Shown here in pieces: positions 1 through 12,328 of a DNA stretch of 64,000 bases. How positions within the stretch are numbered: the first letter of the stretch is position 1; each line of letters starts with the position of its first letter. The notes beneath the pieces are model-generated. The model was not told the origin of the DNA. It saw nothing but the letters and a program-made list of their open reading frames with translations, and did not search any database. Made by a program: the position numbers and the translations under genes. Source of the DNA: Lytechinus pictus (Eukaryota); assembly GCF_037042905.1 (NCBI RefSeq), contig NC_087251.1, forward strand, positions 22,446,001 to 22,510,000. Direction: 5' to 3'.

Positions 1-3000
1 ACTTTACACGCAGTCATACAAACAAGCGAAATACACTATAGATATCATTATAATATGCTTTTCGCTTCATTGCAAATGAAAGAAAAGTGGGGAAAATTAT
101 AGGATTAAAGGATTTACTTTTAGACATTAAATGGGTTTAGCGATACTTGGTATAAAACTCTGAAAAAAAATATTTTGCAATATAAGGGGAGGATATATAT
201 TTGGAATAAAAGTTTAGATAAACAGATTCATAGCTCCGGTACAACGCCACATTCTACGTCTAACTCTTAAGGAAAATTATTCAGGCAATCAGAATTGTCG
301 TGGATTGTTCTGCATTTAAATGAAATTTGAGGACCGTGAAGCATATATTTTTTTATTCTATAGCACTTTGAATCATTTATGCCAGTTCATTCAGAGGAAA
401 TCATTAACATAATTCTTTCTAAGTTATCCTATACCAAAGTTCTTACGTATTCCCTTTTCTTTCAAATTTTAAATCTCGATTAGAAGTTTATAATAAAAGG
501 TTTCCATATGACCGTTTAGATCGAATTCTCATATTACAAATAATTTTGTCTGTATATTCTTTAGATTTTTGGCTTGCATGCTGTAACCTTAAATTTGAAT
601 TTATTGGTTTATTTCATTTACTTATCAATGCTTTTACATGTACAAATCAGAAATTAAAAAAATACTACTAAATAGTAAACACAAAAAAGAGAGAAAACAA
701 TGATCATGGGTAATATCAATGCAAATGAAATACGATATAAATTCATATCATCACCTTCAATCAGGAGAGAGAGTTTCACCTCAAAACTTAATTCAGGATT
801 TTTTTGAGTTTTCTTTGTACAAAAGTACAGGATCTCACTTTGAAATTTCATCTTTTTTTAGCTCTTTGTATTTATTTGCTGTCACTCACATCTCTCATTT
901 TTGTTACGTTTACTTTTTTTTTGAAAACGTAATAAATAAATATAAATGGATGCTATACATATTTGGTAATTAGTGAGAGACAAATATTTTTCTCTCGAAA
1001 AGAGATTGTATTTTGGGGTTCGCAAAAATAAACTTTTTAAAAAGCAAGGTAATAAATCTATTAAGGAGCGAAATCCCTTTGGAAAACAAGTACATAATAC
1101 ATTGCATTTGGGGTGTGGTTTTGAATTAACAGGGTGTGTGCGTGTGTGCGCGCATGTGTGTATTTTTTTCCTTTGGAGAGGGGGGGGGGGTGGGTTGGTG
1201 AAGATCAAAGTTAAATCTGGATTTTAGATATCACCACCACGACGAATAAAGCGTTGAACTCTAAATTGCAGCAACGCCCTTAATACTTTATGAGCATTTA
1301 GAAATTTAGAACAATGCATAATATAGTGACAGGATATTACGATGCATGATCGGCCAAACAAAATTGAAAAAAGGTGAAAAGTAATACCCTCCTAATATTC
1401 AGAGGCTATTTTGGACAGGAATGGATCAGAAAAAATGGCTTCGCTTTGCTTCAAAAACTTTCAAGGGTCTGGAAAGTCTGCTATTTATTTCAAGAGGCGT
1501 GGTGATACGCTGTAATGCACCGTGTTTGGGTAGGTCTAACAGTAGCCGCTATGGAACACAAGCTTCCAGGTATGACAAGTGGCGCCGCTTTACTCCAAAA
1601 AGACTTGTTTTTTGTAAATGTAAAAGAAGTCTGCTTCATCAACAATGGGCGTGATGATACGCTGTATGCACCACAATGACGTGTCTATATTTTCCTTCTC
1701 ATTTAATTTTCTTAGCGTTTGTAAAGTCTGATACAGTAAATAGGGGACCGATGTTCTCGGATATTTTCCGGCATAATTGTTAACATAATCCCAAAGTTAA
1801 GTTATCTTTATGCATGGTACGATGTAGAAAATTTACGTATGTGTGAAAGAAGAACATTTGGAAATATCAATGACGCAATCTACACAGTAAAAACGATGTT
1901 TAAAAAATATAGGCCTATATACAACGCTCTTTACTATGTGAACCTTACCGTAGTTGTTTAAAAGGTAACAAACAAGTGTTAAAAATCTTAAGCATTAAAG
2001 TCGATCTTTTTAAATTTAATTCTCAATAAATCAAACATGGTTGTTGAAACTGTTATACAACTACTGTAGGTTGATATAGTACAGTAAACATTGTATAAAA
2101 TTCGGAAACGGCATGTTTGCTGTGTAAGCAGGAAAATTTACCATGATCGATCCAGTATACAACGATTTAACTAGAGAGAGAGAGAGGGGGGGGGGGGAGA
2201 GGGGGGAGAGATAGAAAGAAAGGGGAGAGGAGGGGGGAATACAGTATGTCCATTTCCAATATTTTTGAGGAATATTTTTTACTTCTTTGTTGTATGTTTT
2301 CTTTTGATTTACTTAGGAATCTTTTACCATGAGTTTATAGAGGATAGTGGAGACAGCTTTCTGCTCCAGACGTTTTTGCTACGCCCCAGTTCTTATAAGA
2401 GTGGCCATGGTGGCGGACCCACTAAGAATGAGATTTCACTCAAGCTACTGATGCGTTTTTTTTATTATTCAAAACCAGATTGTATTTTGATGATTGGGTC
2501 ATAAATACATCTAGCCCTGAAATAAGTCGTTTCGGGGAAGCAAACCATAGACCATAATTAAGAGCCTTACTGATATGAATAGTTTACGCGTCACACTATC
2601 TGAAGATAATAAACAATCTTCATTTCACTGATAATGTTTGCGTTTTCAAGCACTCTTTGAAGGACATATTTTAACTGATACACACTTTAGACATGTTTAA
2701 TAAGTGTTTGATAAATATATTTGCAAAATAAGGGAGTGTCGGTAGTAACACTACATCTTCGCCACAGGGAAATTAGATACCAACTATATCTTTGACAATC
2801 GTGATATATTGAGAAAAAAAATGGGTGGCAACGAGAAACTTTTTTCTTGTTAAAAAAAAATCTAGCATTTTAGTCAGAGAACCTCATTGACATTATTTTT
2901 AAGATTCTAGACGTAATTGATTTTGCCAAAGTGATAATTTATCAATATTATTATTTATAAACCAAATTAACTATTCCAATCATATGGTAAACCAATTAAA

Positions 3001-3339
3001 TGGAAGTAAAAGCGGTTTTGGGAGGTGAAGATTTTTTTTAGATCACTATTTTTCTGCAGAGCGATTATTTTGGAAATGTGTCTTGCTCATGAGGACTTTT
3101 TTCTTTTAAAAACCTTTGCAACATAAAATCCCTTCACCTTTCTAGAAATCCTGCATGAGCCGCCGAGTCTTAATAGTCGATCGAGTCTATGCAGGGGCGG
3201 CGATCCTTGGGGCACAGTGCCCCCCCACTTTTTGAAGCACTGAAAAAGTGCCCTTTTTACGCAAGAAAAATGCCCCCTCACGAACTTATAATGTGCCCCT
3301 TCCACCTGAGGAAGGCCCGTTTTAGGTATTACAAACCTG
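1..3339 (+). repeat. Tandem segmental duplication, left copy (partial; continues left of the window)
   Basis: Near-identical to 6704-10031 (offset 6703 drifting to 6692 through homopolymer indels). Identity stops after ...GTATTACAAACCTG at 3339/10031. Duplicate ORF-track entries (654/7357, 719/7422, 1421/8122) agree. Confidence 0.97.
1883..2124. mobile_element. Degenerate TA-flanked MITE with CACAG(T/C)AAA termini (CMC/EnSpm-like, tentative); duplicated at 8584-8824
   Basis: TA|CACAGTAAAAAC...GTTTGCTGTG|TA; same terminal type as 35559-35798. Confidence 0.6.
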
Positions 3340-3384
3340 GTTCCCATATAGACAAAATAAATCAATATTAATTCATTTCTTTAC

Positions 3385-3415
3385 CTTCAATTTGTTCTTC
3401 TGTTAATTCAGATGC
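3385..3415 (-). CDS. Calmodulin-like gene, coding exon 2 (31 nt, ASELTEEQIE+G)
   Basis: Reverse strand reads attttctctctccttacag|GCA TCT GAA TTA ACA GAA GAA CAA ATT GAA G|gtaaag. Same length and phase as calmodulin exon 2 at 19999-20029 (ADQLTEEQIA+G), 7/10 residues identical. Confidence 0.88.
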
Positions 3416-4139
3416 CTGTAAGGAGAGAGAAAATAGACAAAAGAATCAGGGGCGGTGCCACACGAGGGGCAGGGGGGGGGGACTGTCTTTATCTCTCTCT
3501 CTCTCTCTCTCTTCTAATTTAGCCGTTGAATGCTGTTTCCAAGATTACTTTCTGAACTGGTGCGCAAATATAAAGTTGGTACCGGATAATGGTCTGCAAA
3601 AATTAACGACCCATACCCTTCTACCCTCGGTATTTCACTTGCATTATTTGCAGTATTTTCTGGGCATCTGATTTATAAATGGCAACCACTTTGTGATGTC
3701 TATAGAATATTATAACTTTACAATGTACAACTGAGCGAAGCTTGAAGTTAACGCCCCTAACCAAGCAATAAACGACTTTAATGACCAGGATTAAAGCCAG
3801 TAGTTTTTTTTAAAGAGAAAAGTAACAATTTGGCCCTTATGGTCAGTATTATGTTTAGGAGTTAATTTCAATTTAAAGAGCTCCTACAAGTGAACCCAAA
3901 CCCCAAAATGTTGATCCTATTTACGCATAATGCTGAATCCAATCTTTGGAGGTAATTTTGGTCAAATTCCTACTTTTTGCCATACCGACCTGATTAACAG
4001 GGGATGCTACATAATAACATACGCAGCACCCCCCCCCCCCCGACACAATTGATCATGGGGGTTTCATCAGCACCCCCACTTCCCAGGGCCTTGGTACTTC
4101 GAGACTTCATTACGATATACTAAGCGTAACATAAAAGTT

Positions 4140-4262
4140 TATTAGTATTATTATTATTTTTATTATTATTATTACTACTACTACTACTACTACTTTTATT
4201 ATTATCATTATTATCATTATTATTATTATCATTATTATTACTATTGTTGTTGTTATCATTAT
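4140..4262. repeat. (TAT/TAC/CAT)n microsatellite
   Basis: Trinucleotide run seen directly. Confidence 0.9.
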
Positions 4263-4838
4263 AAGTACAAGTCTGACATTGAGACTATAATGGTAAGGCT
4301 TGTTGACAGGTGGTCGGTTTTGACAAAAGTACATCCCACTAGCTCTTTGTTAGCTCACTATCAAAGTTGGCTGATGATGTCACTACAGGAATGAGATCTG
4401 GAGATCGTTTTTACGGGGTGGAGCTTAGAAATTGAAAAAATCAAAAGTTATTTTAAAAAATCTATGAAATATATTTTCATGCTTAAAAGCAACATTTACA
4501 TAATATGAGTCGTATTCAGTTCCACTGTGAATAAATTAGAATAATGGTGTTTTTTTTTTTTACAAGGGCTCTTAAAGTACAAGTGAAACAACAAAGCATG
4601 TATAGGTCTTGCGTGCTCTTGAGGCCCGAATCAACATTACTCCGTCACGTAAAAGAACACAATACTAAAAGATCAACGATGTTATGTTTAAAACCATTTA
4701 ACAAACTAATTGAATAACAAAAGAAAATTGGTTTAGTACTTGTTTCAGATTATAATGGGTTTGAAAATGTTGCAAATTGTCGTAAATTTAGACCCACCTA
4801 TAGGTGCAATGTACTTTTGAGCAAATGTGACCAAGGTA

Positions 4839-5001
4839 TACCTCGGTCACATTTGCTCTACGGCGGCCGTAAGGCGAGTCGAAAACAGCCGTTTTATTCA
4901 TTTTTATTCAAACCACCTATATACGGCTATATACAAAGAATGTTAAAACGGCTGTATTCGACTCGCAGTACGGCCGCCGTAGATCAAATGTGACCGAGGT
5001 A
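4839..5001. mobile_element. MITE with TIR TACCTCGGTCACATTTG(C/A)TCTACGGCGGCCGT
   Basis: Long inverted termini. A right-end remnant abuts it at 4819-4838 and a degenerate second copy lies at 5166-5325. Confidence 0.85.
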
Positions 5002-5002
5002 T

Positions 5003-5165
5003 TAGTCTGCTTTGCAAACCCTTCACTCGAGTAAAGGGTCTGAATTGCAGCCTACTCATGCCTTGTGTACTGAAGGCCCTCTCCAGCAAGTTTTGTATGT
5101 GCTAGTCTTTGCGTGGAGACACACTTGTTGATCAAAGTTCAATCAGGGGCTGTGCCTGCAGACTA
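5003..5165. mobile_element. Small element with TAGTCTGC...GCAGACTA termini (TAG..CTA ends as in Academ-type elements, tentative)
   Basis: 8-bp perfect terminal inverted repeat, wedged between two copies of the 4839 MITE. Confidence 0.55.
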
Positions 5166-5756
5166 GTCACATCTACGGCGGCCGTACGGCTAGTCGAAAA
5201 CAGCCGTTTTATTTATTTTCATTCAAAGTATATTACGTACCTGGTACCAAAAAAAGAGAGTTAAAATGGCTGTTTTCGACTCGCCGTACGGCTGCCGTAG
5301 AGCTAATGATTGCGACCTATAGGTATCATGAATCCTATCATCACATTCTTCCATGAAGAAAGGGTGTATTACAGATAAGCAGTCAAAATTGACGTCATTT
5401 CGGTGTTGAAGTGAAAGACAATCTAAACTATTCCCCCATTTATTAGAGAGAAAAAAAATCGATTAAGTTGAACTTCAAAGACAAATATGTATTAAATGAG
5501 TGAGCATGCAATTTAAAATGATAAGGTATGTATGCCGAGAGCTTCATATCAACTAAATAACCTCGAAAGCAACATTAAATTTGTAGGAAATGCTTCTTTG
5601 TAGGAAATGCTAAATGCATTAGTTTACAGATATTTTTAAATGTAAAATGCCCCGCAGAGACACACAAATAGACCACGTTCCTCGAATTAAAAAAATATAT
5701 AACTTTAATTAACGTCTTTCCTTGAGTAAACAGTTTTAATAACGACTTCAACTTAC

Positions 5757-5759
5757 CAT
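5757..5759 (-). CDS. Calmodulin-like gene, coding exon 1 (initiator ATG only)
   Basis: Reverse strand ...ttcagaaaATG|gtaagt: ATG directly followed by a consensus donor, the hallmark first intron of calmodulin-family genes. Splices in phase to 3415-3385. Confidence 0.72.
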
Positions 5760-6703
5760 TTTCTGAAATTATAAATTGAAGACAACAGACAGATTCTTTC
5801 TGAGACTTTATGCCTATCTCTGGTTGACTTGTTTGTAAGGAATGTGGAAGGTGCGGTGCTGGCAAATAGTTTATTGAAAGGAGAGTGGGTCAATCTGTAA
5901 CGAAATTCAAAGAGCAAACGTAAGGTTATTCTGTTTTCTTAGCGTACCTTGAAATATCTCGCCTTAGGTAGATTACATTTGAAATATTTCGACTTTATAA
6001 TATTATACTATTATACTTTTTATGGATATCATCAAGTCGCAATATTTGCTAATGTAAAATTTGACGTTGGTGTTGTGTCACTTTAGCACAGTATATATCG
6101 ACGTATATAAGTGCCATCGGTGGATGAGCTATATGCATTAATGTGATTTTGATAATGTTTTGCAAACTCAGATTAGGTGTCGATGTAAAGCAAACTAAAT
6201 TGTGCTTCCATCATCAGCACCAACATCGACATTGAAAATGTCAATTTTTATATCTTCTTAATTATACTTTAAAAAAAATCTAGCAGGGCCCAGTCCTCGA
6301 TAATTCTAAAAGAATTACTAGCTATTAATACGACGAAGAGCTAGATTTTAAAAGAAAGTATATCTGTGATTATTTTTTCTTTATAAGTTTATCTTCAAGT
6401 TAAGGCCTTAATTCACTGTAGTTTTACATTTTTCAGCACATCAGCATGGACACATCAGTCGTAGATTTACTACCAAGGGTTATTACCTGAACATTTTCGA
6501 TGGTGATTAATAATTAATCTAACCATTAGAAGAAAAAAAAATCTCTGAGAAGTACAGGGTTATATATCTCTCTCATATTAATTATTAAAGTTTAATAAAT
6601 TGTCATGAAAACATTTTGGGACCACAGATTGACGATTCATAGTCGCCCATAAAGTAGTGCGCGTCTCTTACAAAACATAATATTATGAAACAACCCAATT
6701 GTT

Positions 6704-9700
6704 ACTTTACACGCAGTCATACAAACAAGCGAACTACACTATAGATATCATTATAATATGCTTTTCGCTTCATTGCAAATGAAAGAAAAGTGGGGAAAAT
6801 TATAGGATTAAAGGATTTACTTTTAGACATTAAATGGGTTTAGCGATACTTGGTATAAAACTCTGAAAAAAAATATTTTGCAATATAAGGGGAGGATATA
6901 TATTTGGAATAAAAGTTTAGATAAACAGATTCATAGCTCCGGTACAACGCCACATTCTACGTCTAACTCTTAAGGAAAATTATTCAGGCAATCAGAATTG
7001 TCGTGGATTGTTCTGCATTTAAATGAAATTTGAGGACCGTGAAGCATATATTTTTTTATTTTATAGCACTTTGAATCATTTATGCCAGTTCATTCAGAGG
7101 AAATCATTAACATAATTCTTTCTAAGTTATCCTATACCAAAGTTCTTACGTATTCCCTTTTCTTTCAAATTCAAAATCTCGATTAGAAGTTTATAATAAA
7201 AGGTTTCCATATGACCGTTTAGATCGAATTCTCATATTACAAATAATTTTGTCTGTATATTCTTTAGATTTTTGGCTTGCATGCTGTAACCTTAAATTTG
7301 AATTTATTGGTTTATTTCATTTACTTATCAATGCTTTTACATGTACAAATCAGAAATTAAAAAAATACTAATAAATAGTAAACACAAAAAAGAGAGAAAA
7401 CAATGATCATGGGTAATATCAATGCAAATGAAATACGATATAAATTCATATCATCACCTTCAATCAGGAGAGAGAGTTTCACCTCAAAACTTAATTCAGG
7501 ATTTTTTTGAGTTTTCTTTGTACAAAAGTACAGGATCTCACTTTGAAATTTCATCTTTTTTTAGCTCTTTGTATTTATTTGCTGTCACTCACATCTCTCA
7601 TTTTTGTTACGTTTACTTTTTTTTTGAAAACGTAATAAATAAATATAAATGGATGCTATACATATTTGGTAATTAGTGAGAGACAAATATTTTTCTCTCG
7701 AAAAGAGATTGTATTTTGGGGTTCGCAAAAATAAACTTTTTAAAAAGCAAGGTAATAAATCTATTAAGGAGCGAAATCCCTTTGGAAAACAAGTACATAA
7801 TACATTGCATTTGGGGTGTGGTTTTGAATTAACAGGGTGTGTGCGTGTGTGCGCGCATGTGTGTATTTTTTCCTTTGGAGAGGGGGGGGGGTGGGTTGGT
7901 GAAGATCAAAGTTAAATCTGGATTTTAGATATCACCACCACGACGAATAAAGCGTTGAACTCTAAATTGCAGCAACGCCCTTAATACTTTATGAGCATTT
8001 AGAAATTTAGAACAATGCATAATATAGTGACAGGATATTACGATGCATGATCGGCCAAACAAAATTGAAAAAAGGTGAAAAGTAATACCCTCCTAATATT
8101 CAGAGGCTATTTTGGACAGGAATGGATCAGAAAAAATGGCTTCGCTTTGCTTCAAAAACTTTCAAGGGTCTGGAAAGTCTGCTATTTATTTCAAGAGGCG
8201 TGGTGATACGCTGTAATGCACCGTGTTTGGGTAGGTCTAACAGTAGCCGCTATGGAACACAAGCTTCCAGGTATGACAAGTGGCGCCGCTTTACTCCAAA
8301 AAGACTTGTTTTTTGTAAATGTAAAAGAAGTCTGCTTCATCAACAATGGGCGTGATGATACGCTGTATGCACCACAATGACGTGTCTATATTTTCCTTCT
8401 CATTTAATTTTCTTAGCGTTTGTAAAGTCTGATACAGTAAATAGGGGACCGATGTTCTCGGATATTTTCCGGCATAATTGTTAACATAATCCCAAAGTTA
8501 AGTTATCTTTATGCATGGTACGATGTAGAAAATTTACGTATGTGTGAAAGAAGAACATTTGGAAATATCAATGACGCAATCTACACAGTAAAAACGATGT
8601 TAAAAAAATATAGGCCTATATACAACGCTCTTTACTATGTGAACCTTACCGTAGTTGTTTAAAAGGTAACAAACAAGTGTTAAAAATCTTAAGCATTAAA
8701 GTCGATCTTTTTAAATTTAATTCTCAATAAATCAAACATGGTTGTTGAAACTGTTATACAACTACTGTAGGTTGATATAGTACAGTAAACATTGTATAAA
8801 ATTTGAAACGGCATGTTTGCTGTGTAAGCAGGAAAATTTACCATGATCGATCCAGTATACAACGATTTAACTAGAGAGAGAGGGGGGGGGGGGAGGGGGG
8901 AGAGATAGAAAGAAAGGGGAGAGGAGGGGGGAATACAGTATGTCCATTTCCAATATTTTCGAGGAATATTTTTTACTTCTTTGTTGTATGTTTTCTTTTG
9001 ATTTCCTTAGGAATCTTTTACCATGAGTTTATAGAGGATAGTGGAGACAGCTTTCTGCTCCAGACGTTTTTGCTACGCCTCAGTTCTTATAAGAGTGGCC
9101 ATGGTGGCGGACCCACTAAGAATGAGATTTCACTCAAGCTACTGATGCGTTTTTTTTATTATTCAAAACCAGATTGTATTTTGATGATTGGGTCATAAAT
9201 ACATCTAGCCCTGAAATAAGTCGTTTCGGGGAAGCAAACCATAGACCATAATTAAGAGCCTTACTGATATGAATAGTTTACGCGTCACACTATCTGAAGA
9301 TAATAAACAATCTTCATTTCACTGATAATGTTTGCGTTTTCAAGCACTCTTTGAAGGACATATTTTAACTGATACACACTTTAGACATGTTTAATAAGTG
9401 TTTGATAAATATATTTGCAAAATAAGGGAGTGTCGGTAGTAACACTACATCTTCGCCACAGGGAAATTAGATACCAACTATATCTTTGACAATCGTGATA
9501 TATTGAGAAAAAAAATGGGTGGCAACGAGAAACTTTTTTCTTGTTAAAAAAAAATCTAGCATTTTAGTCAGAGAACCTCATTGACATTATTTTTAAGATT
9601 CTAGACGTAATTGATTTTGCCAAAGTGATAATTTATCAATATTATTATTTATAAACCAAATTAACTATTCCAATCATATGGTAAACCAATTAAATGGAAG

Positions 9701-10031
9701 TAAAAGCGGTTTTGGGAGGTGAAGATTTTTTTTAGATCACTATTTTTCTGCATAGCGATTATTTTGGAAATGTGTCTTGCTCATGAGGACTTTTTTCTTT
9801 TAAAAACCTTTGCAACATAAAATCCCTTCACCTTTCTAGAAATCCTGCATGAGCCGCCGAGTCTTAATAGTCGATCGAGTCTATGCAGGGGCGGCGATCC
9901 TTGGGGCACAGTGCCCCCACTTTTTGAAGCACTGAAAAAGTGCCCTTTTTACGCAAGAAAAATGCCCCCTCACGAACTTATAATGTGCCCCTTCCACCTG
10001 AGGAAGGCCCGTTTTAGGTATTACAAACCTG
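6704..10031 (+). repeat. Tandem segmental duplication, matching part of the right copy (full unit probably 3340-10031)
   Basis: Matches 1-3339 with a few substitutions (e.g. CGCCCCAG/CGCCTCAG, TTACTTAG/TTCCTTAG, GCAGAGCG/GCATAGCG) and homopolymer indels. Confidence 0.97.
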
Positions 10032-10597
10032 CAAACTGCCCTTTCTCGTATGAGGAGGACCTGTTTTTGGTGTTCTTAAGTACCCTTTCTCGTATAAGTG
10101 CCAATCTTTACCAAAAACGCCCCCTCTTGAATGTGTTCTGCGCCCCTTTCACATCATGAGAAGCCCTGTTTTATTCGTTAGCAGGTGCCATTTATCTTAC
10201 CAGTGCCAAGTTTTCCCCTCCAAAAATGCCCCATCACGCACGTATTCAGTGCCCCTTTCGCCTGAGAAGGACCCATTTTATGAGTCATGTGAGTGGGGTA
10301 GATAAGCAGTAACGTAGATGGGGGGGGGGGGGGGGGGCTTGGAGGCTCTTGCGCCCCCCCAAAAAAAATAGATCACATAATTGGATTTTCGTTATAGATG
10401 TGTCATTTTTTTGCTCGCTCGCAACTTTTTTTATCAATTTTTTGTAATGCGCCATATCTAGCCCCTCAATATTTTAGGCCCATTATGCAACTCTAAATAA
10501 GTGTGTTTTTTTCTTTGTTTCAAGAAAGTGCCCTTTTCGAAAGAAAAAAGTGCCCTTTTTTCCTTGTGCCCCCCCCCCCCCACTTTCAACTCTCTTA
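9886..10597 (+). mobile_element. hAT-like non-autonomous element (CAGGGGCGGCGATCC start, GTGCCC-rich interior); truncated copy at 3192-3339
   Basis: CAGGGGCGG terminus and recurrent AAGTGCCC/GTGCCCC motifs; right terminus not recognisable. Confidence 0.65.
10307..10493. mobile_element. Degenerate hAT-type MITE nested in the 9886 element
   Basis: CAGTAACGTA...TATGCAACTC termini flanked by near-perfect 8-bp TSD TAGATAAG/TAAATAAG. Confidence 0.6.
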
Positions 10598-10722
10598 GCC
10601 ACAAACGTCAGATTGAGGAATATGTGACACATTGTTTTTTATAATTTGGATTCTGGGCCTATATTCATAAAATGTTCCATGAAAGAATAATTTGCAGTAA
10701 TGAGGACAATTCAGATTAATAG

Positions 10723-11028
10723 TAATAATAATAATACACAGTTCTTGTATAGCGCATATCACAATTATGAATAATGTCTATATGCGCTTCCGAAGGACTT
10801 GGATATTATTACCCCAGCTGTAGCTTGGCAGCCGTAATTACTAAGATTACAGCGCACACGCATTTCAAGGAATAAATTCCTGCCAGGTACCCATTCACAT
10901 CACATGGGTTGAGTGCAGCACAATGTGGATAAATTTCTTGCTGAAGGAAATTACGCCATGGCTGGGATTCGAACCCACGACCCTCTGTTTCAAAGTCCGG
11001 AGACTAATCCACTGGGCCACAACGCTCC
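10723..11028 (-). mobile_element. Full-length tRNA-derived SINE
   Basis: Reverse strand has a tRNA-like head (A box TGGCCCAGTGG, B box GGTTCGAATCC), central GCTGCACTCAACCC...AATGGGTACC block, LINE-like tail ...TGCGCTATACAAGAAC and a (TAT)n end. Confidence 0.9.
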
Positions 11029-12228
11029 AGTAGTACCGTAGTTAAATAATTATGATGGCGCTCTCCCCAGATTAATGCACCGGTCACTTTCGTTTATAGT
11101 CGGAGGATCTCTGCTAAGGAAAGCCCATTACAACGTCGAACCATTTGGCGACGATAAAGTGAATTAATTAGTAATGATTAGTCACCATCAACCCTTTCAG
11201 TAGGTCCCACAACAATCCATAGTTCACTTATGTCCTCACCAAATATCAAAATCCATATATCAAATTGAAATTTTATAATTGACAAAGTATAGAACGCGGT
11301 GATACATGATTGTTCGTGGAAAAAGGCAAGCTAACCAAACTGACGGTTAGTCGTGTAAGTTGATTGATAAAATTTAGTTCACATTATTTTAATCGGGGTT
11401 AGCTAACAATAATATTGCTTAAGGTTCGTGTTATTTACTTTCAGTTTTTAAGCATATGGCACCTCTCTTTTTTAATATTTTGAACAAAATGAAATGTGTT
11501 TAATAGTTTCGAAAAATCTGACGAGTGCTGCTTGTTTTGACACACAACACTTCCAATACTCGAAGGCGCCCATCTCTCCGATTATACCTGCTTATTAACA
11601 TAATCATGATTAGCATACAACAATCTACCAATTTCGGAAGCATTCCAATCTGCTTGCCAGATACCTTTATATGATATGTCAAGCGTGAACATGTAAATTC
11701 ACTTATTGTGTTTGGTAATACAATGTCTAAAACGTTGAAGTGCCGACAATGAGTCGCAAGAAATGACAACCAAACATGATTTCTTAAAACGAGTCTAACT
11801 ACTCAATAAAAGTGCCATTAAAATGACCAGGGTTCTACTCTCATAATACTCACATGGATAACCTGAAATTCTTAATTATGTTATATTGAGGGACCTAAAA
11901 TGCAGCTCTAGTTCTAAGATTTTCCAGTTTGGACCCATGTGTAAATGTGGAATTCCATACATTTCAAATTCTGTCTTGACCGATTCATCTCATCCGTTGG
12001 CGGATCATATTAACAAACTAAAGAGGGCGCTTTATCAAAATGAATTGCGTCCGACAATCATTACTAGAATGAGGGTAATAAACTCGGAGAGAAAAGGTAT
12101 AATGTACCAGCAGCGACTTTATTTATGTAAGTTTACAATAAGCCCACACATAACATTTCTTCTTTTTTTAAATTCAAGATAACTCCTTTTTTTCTATAAT
12201 TCTTACTGAATGAATCTTCATACTGACT

Positions 12229-12328
12229 GTTTATTTTGCTCATTTACTTGTTTTACTCATTTATCAGAGATGTGCAAGTTTATTTTGCTCATTTACTTGT
12301 TTTACTAATTTATCAGAGATGTGCAAGA
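12229..12328. repeat. ~49-bp tandem duplication
   Basis: TTATTTTGCTCATTTACTTGTTTTACT(C/A)ATTTATCAGAGATGTGCAAG occurs twice in tandem. Confidence 0.9.

Noticed and set aside
1..3339. Exons 3-6 of the minus-strand calmodulin-like gene
   Set aside because: No EF-hand-coding segment found by eye; this interval is a copy of DNA upstream of exon 1.
10955..11028. tRNA gene on the minus strand
   Set aside because: It is the head of a full SINE with central domain and (TAT)n tail.
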